Shown here: piece by piece, positions 18,014-27,616 of the stretch
How positions within the stretch are numbered: position 1 is the stretch's first letter
Layout: the number at the start of each line of letters is the position of its first letter
IMG/VR virus record: IMGVR_UViG_3300044675_002751
Span: 24,090 to 88,089 of that record
Length of the DNA: 64,000 bases
Origin: a virus
Strand: one strand, 5' to 3'
The notes under the pieces: generated by a model
Databases searched by the model: none
What the model was told of the DNA's origin: nothing
Seen by the model: the letters and a program-made list of their open reading frames with translations, nothing else
Translations under genes and position numbers: made by a program

Positions 18014-21000
18014 TTATTCTCCAAAGCATTTCTTCATAAACTCATCCACCATCTCATCGGTGATGTCTTGGTTAGACTGCATTTGCTTACGTAAAGCAGC
18101 ATCTGTTTCTGATCCAGGCATTACATAGTTAAGACGCTTGTACAGCTCTAATACCATATAGTTCTTTGTACGTGGAGCAGCAGCCAACATGTCTTTACCA
18201 TTTACCACTGTCAGTCCTTGTTCAGGAAAAGCTACTTCATTACCATTTTCATATTGTGTTTCTATAGCAGTAATAGCATCATTAATCATCTTAGCATTTT
18301 CTTCAAAAGTCTCATCACTAAGAACTTTCTTACCGTCCTGAGTAATTGGAAAGCTAATACTGTTGTTAGCTTTCTGCATTACACCAAATACATCTTTGCT
18401 ATCTTTAAAGTTTGGATATACAAGCATTATACTGCTATTTTTTTCTAACAATGCCTTAGCACTGCCTGCTCCGGCTATTGAAGGATATACAAACAGTCCT
18501 TGGATATTCTTAGTTAGTTGTGTTCCATCAGTTGAACTTGTACTAACTGATGACACATCCGGTGTATACAAATAGTTACGAAATCTCTGACGAGTAGAAG
18601 AATTAGAAGTATTCCATATATCTGTAAACCGTTTAAAGTAGTCATTTAACAACTTAGACTTATCCTTCATTTCTGTAATCTCTTTCAAAGGTTCAGCCAT
18701 AAGTTTAAGCAAAGTATCTTTTGGTAAAATGGAAGCTAAGTTATTAGAGCTTTTTGTAGCACCGGCTCTAATGTATTCAGCTACAATCATTCTGTTAAAG
18801 AACCTACTAATCTCAGCGTTCTGTACAGGGTTTTCCACTTTTACAGTCATTGGATCAGCTAGACGTACCAAGTTTTCATGGAGTACATTTGCAAGATCTT
18901 TGTCTGTACGGGAAGAAGTAAGCTTCAGAGTCTTAAGTTTCTTATTGTTTGACTGAACAACATTACCTTCAGAATCAGCTTTAGCTCCTTCATTTACATA
19001 ACCCAGCTGATCAAATATCATATATTGTTCAGCCAGCTGTGGATACTTAGCTTTAATAGCCAGGAACTGGTCAGCTATACTAACACCAGGAGCCTTAAGC
19101 ATATGATAAAAGTTAAAACTAAGTTCTAGAGCTCGAGTTGCTAGCTTTTGTTCATAAACTTCTCTTGACTCATTACCAACAGGTGTAATAGACCTAAGAT
19201 GCTCACGCTCCATTACAAAGTGAATATACTCCTGTAAGTTCTGGTAGTTACCACCCATGTTAAAAGTTTCAGCGTCAACAGTAGCCAAGCCCTGAGATTT
19301 GTAACCTTGACCAGCAAATGCTTTAGTATTAAAATCAGACTCTATCTGGTTAAAGTCTAAGTACATCACTCCATCTTTTACAAAAGCACCTTGGCGTAAC
19401 TGGACATTTTTAACCGGCAAAGCCTGCTTTACAGAAAGTCCTTTATACTCTTTAATGTTGTTAATATCTACCCCTTTCAGATAGTTCTGTAAGAGATACA
19501 TTGGAAGGTCATTATGAAAAGTAGCTACAAACTTTTCAGCAATTGGAAAAGCAGTAGCAAAAGATCTTGACTTTACTTTACTCAATAAAAAAGAGTTTAT
19601 CTGAGCGTCACCCCTCAGTTGCATAAGAGGTTTAAGTATACCCAACTGAAACTTTTGAACCAAGAAGGAACTAATTGGAGAATCTGTAAGAATCTTATCC
19701 TTCATATTTTCTGGTACTGCATCTACATACTCTAGTCCTTCAATCTTATCAAGACGCTCAGTTGCAGCAAACAAACTTTTAGAAGGAGCTGTATCTACGT
19801 TAACAGTGAGCTTGATGTTAGTCAGTTGCTTAGTAACTTCTTCTAGTTCTATAAAATGCAGTAATCCTGCAATAGCTTCAGGACTATTTCTGTCCTTAGA
19901 CTTGATCACTTTTTCTAAAGAAGCTACATCATAGGTCCTGTTTTTATTAAAGTTTTCTATAGCTTTATACAGCAGATCGTTGGTAAGGTTTCCATCTTTG
20001 GTTAAAGCACCGATACCCAAACGAGTATAGAAATCTTTCTTGATACCAAATTTTCTCAAGCCTTTTTGTGAGCTAGCCTGATTCTCAGGATTAGCTGCAT
20101 TGTAAAACGGAGACTCCACCTTGTACATCTCCTTGATATAGTCTACCACTAAAGGCTGTGATACAAAATAAGCTGCTGTACGGAAATCTACACCTGCTTC
20201 AAGCATAAACAACAACACCGGACCGGCTATGTTATTACCGTTGATGTTAAAAATCCAGGCGTCTTTTTCAATGTCCACCCATCCGTTCATCAACTGACCA
20301 ATAAGGTCACTCACCTTGTCCATAGTTACTGTGTTGATATCAGAAAGAGATATATACTCTTCCCCTTTCTCAGTCATTGTATTATGCTTCATCCTGATAT
20401 TAATAGGACGAACCTGTGGTTTTTTGCTTAAATCTATCTGACCGGTTTCTTTGTTAAAGTTGTAGTGTGTGTATGTCTTTTCAAGACGGGCACCCACTCT
20501 TTTAAATATAGAAGAGTAAGCATTATCCACGGCACCAATACCTAGAGTCTTCTTACCTATGTTGGTACGATCATGCACGAACATGTTGTAACGTGGCTCA
20601 AGTACACGAGTTGGAGAAATAACCTTAGTTTCTTTACCTTTTATTATAGCGGTACGCGGCTTGCCAGTCTTAACAGCAAAAGGATCGTATCCCTGAATGT
20701 TTTCACTAGCCAGTTCATCAGCTACACCTTTAACAAGGTCGGTATTGTTTGGACGTATAAGAGCATCAAAGTTGTCAGGGTGTTCAAGGATCTCACGGAT
20801 CTTTTCTACCACTTTATTTTCTGATGATTTAAGTCCTTTACCTTTTATGTATGTAGGCAGTTCATCAGTTGCTTCCTGTAAAAGAACCTTGTATACTTTC
20901 TGCTCGTCTTCAGTGAGCTCGTAAACAGAAAAGTCATTCTCTGCAGCATCTAGGATAATGTTAATGTTATCCATGCTAAAATCAAGATCCGGATACTTAG

Positions 21001-24000
21001 TTGACAGCTCTTTTATCTTACCCTTACTCTTGTCTCTGTTAATCTTAATACCAATGTTTGGTTGGAAAATTGTAAGTTTATCAATGTCAAAGTCAGCACC
21101 AGACTTGGCTACGATTTCTGCAGGAGGAACAATGATAGACCCGGCTTCTTCAGGCAGGAACTCATACACCTCCATGAACTCCATGGAGTTTAATCCCTGT
21201 ACGGGAATACGTACACCCACCATAGTGATCATCTTACGGTTATCACCTTTGTCTAGCCACTGGTCATCTTTGATCATCTCGTTAAGACGCTCACGGGTGC
21301 CGATCTTCTGGCCGTCATTGTGTTTCAGGTTAAGAAGTTTATAGTAATCACCCTTCAGAGAGATCTTCACCTTCATTGCGGTGGTCTTACCGCGTTTACC
21401 ATTTTTATCTTTTTCACCAGGACGGTAAGTAGGTAGGTCGTTAGTACCACGATATTTCTTGATTTCTTCTTCTGAAGGATTGGTATAACGGTTACGAGAT
21501 TCAAAACCGGCACCAGATACCTGGACCAACATCTCACCATTCATCTTTTGTTTGACTAAACGCTTTACAACTATATTGTTTAGCATCTTCTCAATCTTCT
21601 CAGCGTTTAGTGAAAAGCTAAGATCTGTAAAGCTTCCTGATTCCAAGCTCTCTCGTACAAAGTCAATCTCATGTTCTGGCAATTCCAAACGCTCCATTTC
21701 ACGAGCTACAAACTCTAAAAGACTACGCATACTACCAGTAAGTTCCCCAGATGCATTCTCTTTCCAGCCAACTTGCTTTAAGAGTTCCTGCTTCTTATAC
21801 TCCTGCATCTCTTCCAGCAAACCTTCGAAGTCTTTTACCAGTTTATCAAAGTCACCGGTAAGGGCAAAACCCTGTTTAAAAGTATCATTGATAATCAGCT
21901 TTCTAAGCTGCGTAGAAAATACAGTCTTATTTTTCCATGTAGACTGGATGTCGACTTGGTCTTTTAAATACTGTATAAAAATGTCATTAGGAGTGTAAGT
22001 AGGTTCACCCTCGTTCCATGGTTTTACAACACGGTTGTTGTAGTCATCATTCTCATATAAAGAGTCAGGCTTTCCATTAGAAGTGATAGTAGCTAGCTTT
22101 GATCCAGATTCAAACAATGCATAATCTACACCCTGCTTAACAAGGTTATCATGAAACACTTCCATGTTAGTTCCTTTTACCAGACTTGGGATAAGTGGTA
22201 CCAAAGAGAATTTATGGAATCCTTGTACATGTAGTTTCTCAGTCTTTACAGGACCAGCGTATTGGAACTTCTTGGTTGGGAAGAACTCAGTGATCTCAGC
22301 AGGATCTACTTGCTCACCAGCAATAATTCTATTGTAAAGATCATTCTGTTTTTCAGACCATGCACCTTCTAGTATAGAAAGTATTCTGTATGCATCAAAA
22401 GTAATCCAGCCCTGACCATCACCTTCTGTCATTTTCTCATATGGTTCAAGAATCTTAATGGCTTCCTCTTTACTATATTTTTCTGTAAGAGCTTCTAAGT
22501 ATTCTTTATAATAAACAGACGGTACATTATTATCTTTAAAGACCGCTGTTCTGATTGTACCATCGAAGCTTCTTTCGTTGGCACCAATAGCACGGGCATA
22601 ACCACGACCTAGGTTGTTTATAAACTGATTAACAGCTTCATCACTGGCAAAGATCCTACCAGTAGAACCAATAGACGCATTACGTTTATGAAACTCTTCT
22701 TTGTTATGATTATATAAAGCTAGATCTCCATAAAAAAGAGACACCATTTCCATATTGTGAATCAGAGCATTAACCGTAAATGCCTTGATAGCTACATCCT
22801 GCAGCATTGCTGTCTGGTCTTCACCTACAGCTACAGAAACGTCTTTACGTATATAAGAAGCTATATCTTTTCCATCTCTTGAGCTGTGTAAAAGCTCAGG
22901 AGAAATAAAAGGCATTTCCTGGAAAAACTTCATATTTTCCTCAAACAGTCCGTTTAGATATACACGGATATCATCTGTAATCTTTTGTTTGATCTCGGGT
23001 GCATTAATAACTGATAAAGAGTCATCAGCATTAGCCATTTTTTTAAGCTGCTCCTTAGTATTGATTAAAATGTCATCAAACATCATAAACTCTTGACCAC
23101 GCTCGTTAAATCCTGGGATGTTTGGAACCTGTCCTTGTTTGATGATAGCCATACGCTCCATCTCAGCTGCAATCTTTGGTAAAAGAAGGTCTACACTATG
23201 ACTTAACCAATTACCTTTTGCACCACCTTCTTTCTCATAAAAATGACCAGGGCTGATATAAAGATGACGGGTATCCTTTGTATTAAATGGAGAGTTAATC
23301 TTAGATACGCTTATGCCATAAGCAGTTGACTTAGATGCATGCCTTGGTAGTTCCATTATACCTTGCCCAAGCATAGTATGAATGTCAAACAAAAACTTAG
23401 ATGCTGGATCTAGGTTAGTAGTTTTAATACCAGACTGAACACTTTGTCCACCAGCTATTGTTTCTATAACACTCTTAATACCATCTAGGTTAACAATGTT
23501 CATAGTCACAAAACCACTGGACAAGTTAGTTCCATCAGCAATACGCTTATTTTTATTAGCCATATCTACTAACTTACCACTTGGTATACTAAACATAGAG
23601 TTTAGCAGTATTGCGTACTTTGCGTGAGGATTTCTACGAAAGTCTAAATGTTGCAAATGGGCATATTGAACTAGCCCTCTTTTTTTAGTCGGATTATCTT
23701 TATCAAGGCTATCATCTTCATCAACACTATAATCTAACTCAGGATTATTTATATCGTTAAGCAACTTAGTAATAGAGTTATTTAAAGAAAGGTCGTATAC
23801 AATGTCACCGTTTACGTTAGTAACAGCATTGTTAGTGTACTTACCGCTATCCTGTGCTTCTATAGATAGAATCTTATTTACATTGGAAGACTCACCTCCT
23901 TTAGGTCCTGCTTTACGTAGTGCGTTTATAGGGTTGGACGGCATCTGGTTTTTCTCTGCCATCCACTTTACAGCGTTGTACAGGAATCCAATAGACTTAT

Positions 24001-27000
24001 AGTTATCTCTTATCTGTTCCCTAATAGCGTTATTATCTGTAAGGAAGAAACCTATGGATCTCAAAAACTGCAAAGCTTTTTCCTCATTAATAATAATATT
24101 GTCTTTACCAAATATTTGATAATATGGAAAGTCTTTAATAACCTGTTTAGTGTTCAGCTCATTACCAGCTGCAGACTTGTTAATATATGCACCACGGGGC
24201 ATTCCCTGAAACTGTGATACAAATGTTTTTTCTACCTGGCGGAACTGGGGAGATACTTCTGAAAACTCAAAACTAAATCCACCTTCACTGTCAGATATCA
24301 AACGTCCTTCTTTAATAGGTACTCTGTATACAGAAAAGTCTCTAAAGAAGTTGATCCATATCTTCATGTATGGCCAGTTCTTAGTTTGTGTATGGTCCAA
24401 CGGATTACGCATTCGGTCCACCAAGGCCTTTAGCTCAGGAAAACGTTGAGAAGCTTCTGATAACTTACCATACATCTGGTTAGTTGTATTAGAACCAGCC
24501 ACTGTATTTATTACAATACTCCAGGTTTTGTTAAAGTCAACCAATTTGGGTACACCTAAAGCATTAAGTACAGGATTACCTTTCCTATCTACTTGAGGAA
24601 GACTTTTGATAAGATATACTATCTCGTTAGATGCAAGTTCACGTACAGAGAGTTCGTTACCCTTACGCTCAAAAGCGTTCTGTCCATACTCTTCACGCAT
24701 CTGCTGTTCGGTCTTAGCCAGGGGATTTTCTGTGTCTTTAACTTCAGCAGCTTCTTCATTTACACTTTGGTCATACCCATCCATATCAACCACCCTGTCT
24801 TCAAATGTGAAGTAAGAGCTTCTTTTCTTATGGAAAGCAATGACACCAGTAGTTTGTTCACCCTTTGCCACCTTGGAGAAATCTCCCCAGTTTGCAAGAG
24901 CAAAGTCTAGAATACGTGCTGCAGCAGGTTTATCTACCAAATCTTCTCTCAGCTTTTCTAACTTATTTTTAATATCTATCTCATAAAGTGGACCTATTAA
25001 CTCAGGCCTGGTAAATATTGATCCAATGCTAAATTTGTAATCAGAAAGTGTAGATGCTATTAAAGAGTCTATAGTTTCTACTAGTGTAATAGAATCCTGG
25101 TAGTTCAGTGACTCATCCACCTTTGGATCTACAGCCTCCATTCCTTTATTAAGAACACCAAACTGTACGTTCTTTATAGAAGGTGTATAATCATTGATGT
25201 CTCCTATATATAGTTTATCATATAGTTCTTGAATACCTTTAACAGCAGTACGGTCAGCAGCTATGTCTTTAAAGCTGTATCCGCTAAACAACTGCTTTAG
25301 AAAGTTCCATATCTTTCTAAAGAGGCTATTACGTACAGGACGTCCATTAATAACATTCTTACGGTCAGAGAGTACGTACTTTCTAAAGTCTTCTGCCATA
25401 AACTCTTCCAGCTGCATATCAGTGGCTGCACTAAACTTTACAGTGCGTCCGTCAGCAGTTTTAAAACTACCAGTAAGTTTACGGGCTTCATTATAAAGAG
25501 CTTTCTTCTGCTCTTTAGTTAAGAACATCTGTGAGAAAGCATGCCAACCCTCATGATAAAGATCTGTAAAGTTAGATCCGCTCCATAGTGTAATACCAGA
25601 AACAGTAAACTCAGCTAGTGCATTGGAGTTTACTACATTAAACATTACCTGAAAAGGAACAATCTTAGATAGTGGTGAGTTATTATACCACTTTTCAGCA
25701 GCATCAATCTGCTCTTTGGTAGCTGTACTATCAAGTAGTAAAGACTTTTTTAAAGAAAAGTCTGTACGGTCAAGCAATGCTTTAAACGCACTGACTGGGG
25801 TATCTGTAGGTGTAGACTGCTCTAAAGAAGAAGTTTGTTCTTTAGGCTGAACCTTTACCTCACCAAAAATCTTTTTCTGTGTTTCTGCAGTAGGGAATAT
25901 AGTATTATAAGCATTAAGGCTTACTATCTTACCCTCCTCATTTTTAGCCAGGTTAGTATAAAAGTTATCAGCCAAAAAGTTATTATAACGCTCTGGCTGC
26001 AGTGTCACCTTACCATCCAGGTTAACCGGCATATTAAAAGTTGTACCAACTAAGTCTTTATTAATGTTTACAGTTTGAGTGTTCAGGTTTGTTACAAACT
26101 TGTCCTTGTTCTCAGCTGTCACCTCAAAGGTCTCTCCACCTTGTTTGATCATAAGCTTACCATCTATCTCAAAGATGTTTGTATCATTAGAGAAAGTAAA
26201 CTGCTTTAGTGTTTTGATCTTGTCAATATTGGAAACGTCAGCGTTAAAGATCATATCAGCCAGGTTCGGTACTAGGCTAGGTATGTTCTGAAACTTAGGT
26301 CTGCGTATAAGAAGCGGAAACTCGTAATCTGGTACATTAAAATAAACACCCCCGTTAATAAGAATACCAGTTTCTTGGTTAGAAATCCAAGGTTTAAAAC
26401 CTTCAGGTAGCTCAATAGAACTTATAGAATTTTTCTTAGAAAAGTCTTCCTTTACATAACCGTTCTTACCTGGACTAACAGAAAACAATAACACCTGACT
26501 TGGGTTAGATATAATAAACTGTCTTGATTTTTCCAAGACATCCATTTCCTGGTTACGTTCTTTAGTAAGTTCTTCCACTGTACCAAAACCTTTTCGTACA
26601 AGATCTGCTACAGTTTGTACACGACCCACCATACGCTGACCTGCCACTTGTCCTTTAGCCTCGTTGCTCTTAGACGGTGTATATGGTCTACGCATCTTTC
26701 CATAAGCAATGACACCCTTATCTTTTTCTACAGGAGTTCCCTGTTGGTCAAAGTATAAAATATTACCCTGCTTGTCAGAAAATACAAGATATGTTTCATC
26801 ACCTTTATCCCTCTGCTCCATTTTCTGCTGAGCTGTTTTAGCAAACGGGGTTCCTGCAGCATCATCTGTAGAATAGTATTGTTTGTCTGCCTCTTGTAAT
26901 TGATCAAATGGAATCATAGAAGCAGGTATCAATCTTAAGTAGATACCAGTTACATTACCCAGAGTTAGTTTATCAGCTGTAGGTCTGTTGTACTGACTCA

Positions 27001-27613
27001 TCAGATTGTTGAGCTTCCTTACTACAGCATAGTAGGCACGTTTAACTGGATCCGGATCTGGTATATTCTGTTCTGCCTTTACTCCACCATAAGCTTTAGC
27101 TTCTTGGTTAAATACAGCAAAAGCTGTTTCCGGGGCGGCAACAAAACTAATTTCAGAGTTTAGTAATGCTTTTTTCTTTTCCTCATCCTTTTTTTCAATT
27201 TCTGTGTACCCATCTGTCGGTAGCACACCTGTAGAAGGGTTGCTTTCCTCTATAATTTCAGCCGCTGCTTCATTAGTTGCTAAGGCAGGTTGAAGAAACT
27301 TAGCTACGTTTTGTATGTCAGCATTAAAGTCTGCGTCTAACTGATCAAGCTCAGAAAGATTTACAGCACTTTTTCTCATATGAGCTTTACTATCTTCAAA
27401 CATAGCATAGCTCAGTAGCAACATACTTGGCATATGCTGTATGTAGTCCATAGCATTTGCCTGCTCTGCACCAGCATCAACGAGTGTTTTATACAAGTCT
27501 CGGATAGCTTGTAAAGCATTAAAATTATCACCACGATTTTTAGAAGCAATGACTGCTCCGTGTACAACACCAAATAGTGATGATATCTGATCTTCTGATA
27601 ATCTACAAGCCAT
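18014..27613 (-). CDS. Virion-packaged crAss-type two-barrel DNA-dependent RNA polymerase with zincin-like domain
   Basis: Catalytic GADFDIDKL loop, RIPVQG, EGDGQGWI, STQLRKL; HEGWH..EEFMAE zincin; 3199 aa. Confidence 0.92.
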   Translation of the reverse strand: MACRLSEDQISSLFGVVHGAVIASKNRGDNFNALQAIRDLYKTLVDAGAEQANAMDYIQHMPSMLLLSYAMFEDSKAHMRKSAVNLSELDQLDADFNADIQNVAKFLQPALATNEAAAEIIEESNPSTGVLPTDGYTEIEKKDEEKKKALLNSEISFVAAPETAFAVFNQEAKAYGGVKAEQNIPDPDPVKRAYYAVVRKLNNLMSQYNRPTADKLTLGNVTGIYLRLIPASMIPFDQLQEADKQYYSTDDAAGTPFAKTAQQKMEQRDKGDETYLVFSDKQGNILYFDQQGTPVEKDKGVIAYGKMRRPYTPSKSNEAKGQVAGQRMVGRVQTVADLVRKGFGTVEELTKERNQEMDVLEKSRQFIISNPSQVLLFSVSPGKNGYVKEDFSKKNSISSIELPEGFKPWISNQETGILINGGVYFNVPDYEFPLLIRRPKFQNIPSLVPNLADMIFNADVSNIDKIKTLKQFTFSNDTNIFEIDGKLMIKQGGETFEVTAENKDKFVTNLNTQTVNINKDLVGTTFNMPVNLDGKVTLQPERYNNFLADNFYTNLAKNEEGKIVSLNAYNTIFPTAETQKKIFGEVKVQPKEQTSSLEQSTPTDTPVSAFKALLDRTDFSLKKSLLLDSTATKEQIDAAEKWYNNSPLSKIVPFQVMFNVVNSNALAEFTVSGITLWSGSNFTDLYHEGWHAFSQMFLTKEQKKALYNEARKLTGSFKTADGRTVKFSAATDMQLEEFMAEDFRKYVLSDRKNVINGRPVRNSLFRKIWNFLKQLFSGYSFKDIAADRTAVKGIQELYDKLYIGDINDYTPSIKNVQFGVLNKGMEAVDPKVDESLNYQDSITLVETIDSLIASTLSDYKFSIGSIFTRPELIGPLYEIDIKNKLEKLREDLVDKPAAARILDFALANWGDFSKVAKGEQTTGVIAFHKKRSSYFTFEDRVVDMDGYDQSVNEEAAEVKDTENPLAKTEQQMREEYGQNAFERKGNELSVRELASNEIVYLIKSLPQVDRKGNPVLNALGVPKLVDFNKTWSIVINTVAGSNTTNQMYGKLSEASQRFPELKALVDRMRNPLDHTQTKNWPYMKIWINFFRDFSVYRVPIKEGRLISDSEGGFSFEFSEVSPQFRQVEKTFVSQFQGMPRGAYINKSAAGNELNTKQVIKDFPYYQIFGKDNIIINEEKALQFLRSIGFFLTDNNAIREQIRDNYKSIGFLYNAVKWMAEKNQMPSNPINALRKAGPKGGESSNVNKILSIEAQDSGKYTNNAVTNVNGDIVYDLSLNNSITKLLNDINNPELDYSVDEDDSLDKDNPTKKRGLVQYAHLQHLDFRRNPHAKYAILLNSMFSIPSGKLVDMANKNKRIADGTNLSSGFVTMNIVNLDGIKSVIETIAGGQSVQSGIKTTNLDPASKFLFDIHTMLGQGIMELPRHASKSTAYGISVSKINSPFNTKDTRHLYISPGHFYEKEGGAKGNWLSHSVDLLLPKIAAEMERMAIIKQGQVPNIPGFNERGQEFMMFDDILINTKEQLKKMANADDSLSVINAPEIKQKITDDIRVYLNGLFEENMKFFQEMPFISPELLHSSRDGKDIASYIRKDVSVAVGEDQTAMLQDVAIKAFTVNALIHNMEMVSLFYGDLALYNHNKEEFHKRNASIGSTGRIFASDEAVNQFINNLGRGYARAIGANERSFDGTIRTAVFKDNNVPSVYYKEYLEALTEKYSKEEAIKILEPYEKMTEGDGQGWITFDAYRILSILEGAWSEKQNDLYNRIIAGEQVDPAEITEFFPTKKFQYAGPVKTEKLHVQGFHKFSLVPLIPSLVKGTNMEVFHDNLVKQGVDYALFESGSKLATITSNGKPDSLYENDDYNNRVVKPWNEGEPTYTPNDIFIQYLKDQVDIQSTWKNKTVFSTQLRKLIINDTFKQGFALTGDFDKLVKDFEGLLEEMQEYKKQELLKQVGWKENASGELTGSMRSLLEFVAREMERLELPEHEIDFVRESLESGSFTDLSFSLNAEKIEKMLNNIVVKRLVKQKMNGEMLVQVSGAGFESRNRYTNPSEEEIKKYRGTNDLPTYRPGEKDKNGKRGKTTAMKVKISLKGDYYKLLNLKHNDGQKIGTRERLNEMIKDDQWLDKGDNRKMITMVGVRIPVQGLNSMEFMEVYEFLPEEAGSIIVPPAEIVAKSGADFDIDKLTIFQPNIGIKINRDKSKGKIKELSTKYPDLDFSMDNINIILDAAENDFSVYELTEDEQKVYKVLLQEATDELPTYIKGKGLKSSENKVVEKIREILEHPDNFDALIRPNNTDLVKGVADELASENIQGYDPFAVKTGKPRTAIIKGKETKVISPTRVLEPRYNMFVHDRTNIGKKTLGIGAVDNAYSSIFKRVGARLEKTYTHYNFNKETGQIDLSKKPQVRPINIRMKHNTMTEKGEEYISLSDINTVTMDKVSDLIGQLMNGWVDIEKDAWIFNINGNNIAGPVLLFMLEAGVDFRTAAYFVSQPLVVDYIKEMYKVESPFYNAANPENQASSQKGLRKFGIKKDFYTRLGIGALTKDGNLTNDLLYKAIENFNKNRTYDVASLEKVIKSKDRNSPEAIAGLLHFIELEEVTKQLTNIKLTVNVDTAPSKSLFAATERLDKIEGLEYVDAVPENMKDKILTDSPISSFLVQKFQLGILKPLMQLRGDAQINSFLLSKVKSRSFATAFPIAEKFVATFHNDLPMYLLQNYLKGVDINNIKEYKGLSVKQALPVKNVQLRQGAFVKDGVMYLDFNQIESDFNTKAFAGQGYKSQGLATVDAETFNMGGNYQNLQEYIHFVMEREHLRSITPVGNESREVYEQKLATRALELSFNFYHMLKAPGVSIADQFLAIKAKYPQLAEQYMIFDQLGYVNEGAKADSEGNVVQSNNKKLKTLKLTSSRTDKDLANVLHENLVRLADPMTVKVENPVQNAEISRFFNRMIVAEYIRAGATKSSNNLASILPKDTLLKLMAEPLKEITEMKDKSKLLNDYFKRFTDIWNTSNSSTRQRFRNYLYTPDVSSVSTSSTDGTQLTKNIQGLFVYPSIAGAGSAKALLEKNSSIMLVYPNFKDSKDVFGVMQKANNSISFPITQDGKKVLSDETFEENAKMINDAITAIETQYENGNEVAFPEQGLTVVNGKDMLAAAPRTKNYMVLELYKRLNYVMPGSETDAALRKQMQSNQDITDEMVDEFMKKCFGE

Positions 27614-27616
27614 TGC

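Noticed and set aside
451-27613. Introns or inteins in polB or the RNAP
   Set aside because: Both frames are continuous, with no splice-junction or homing-endonuclease motifs seen; the RNAP has no internal Cys.
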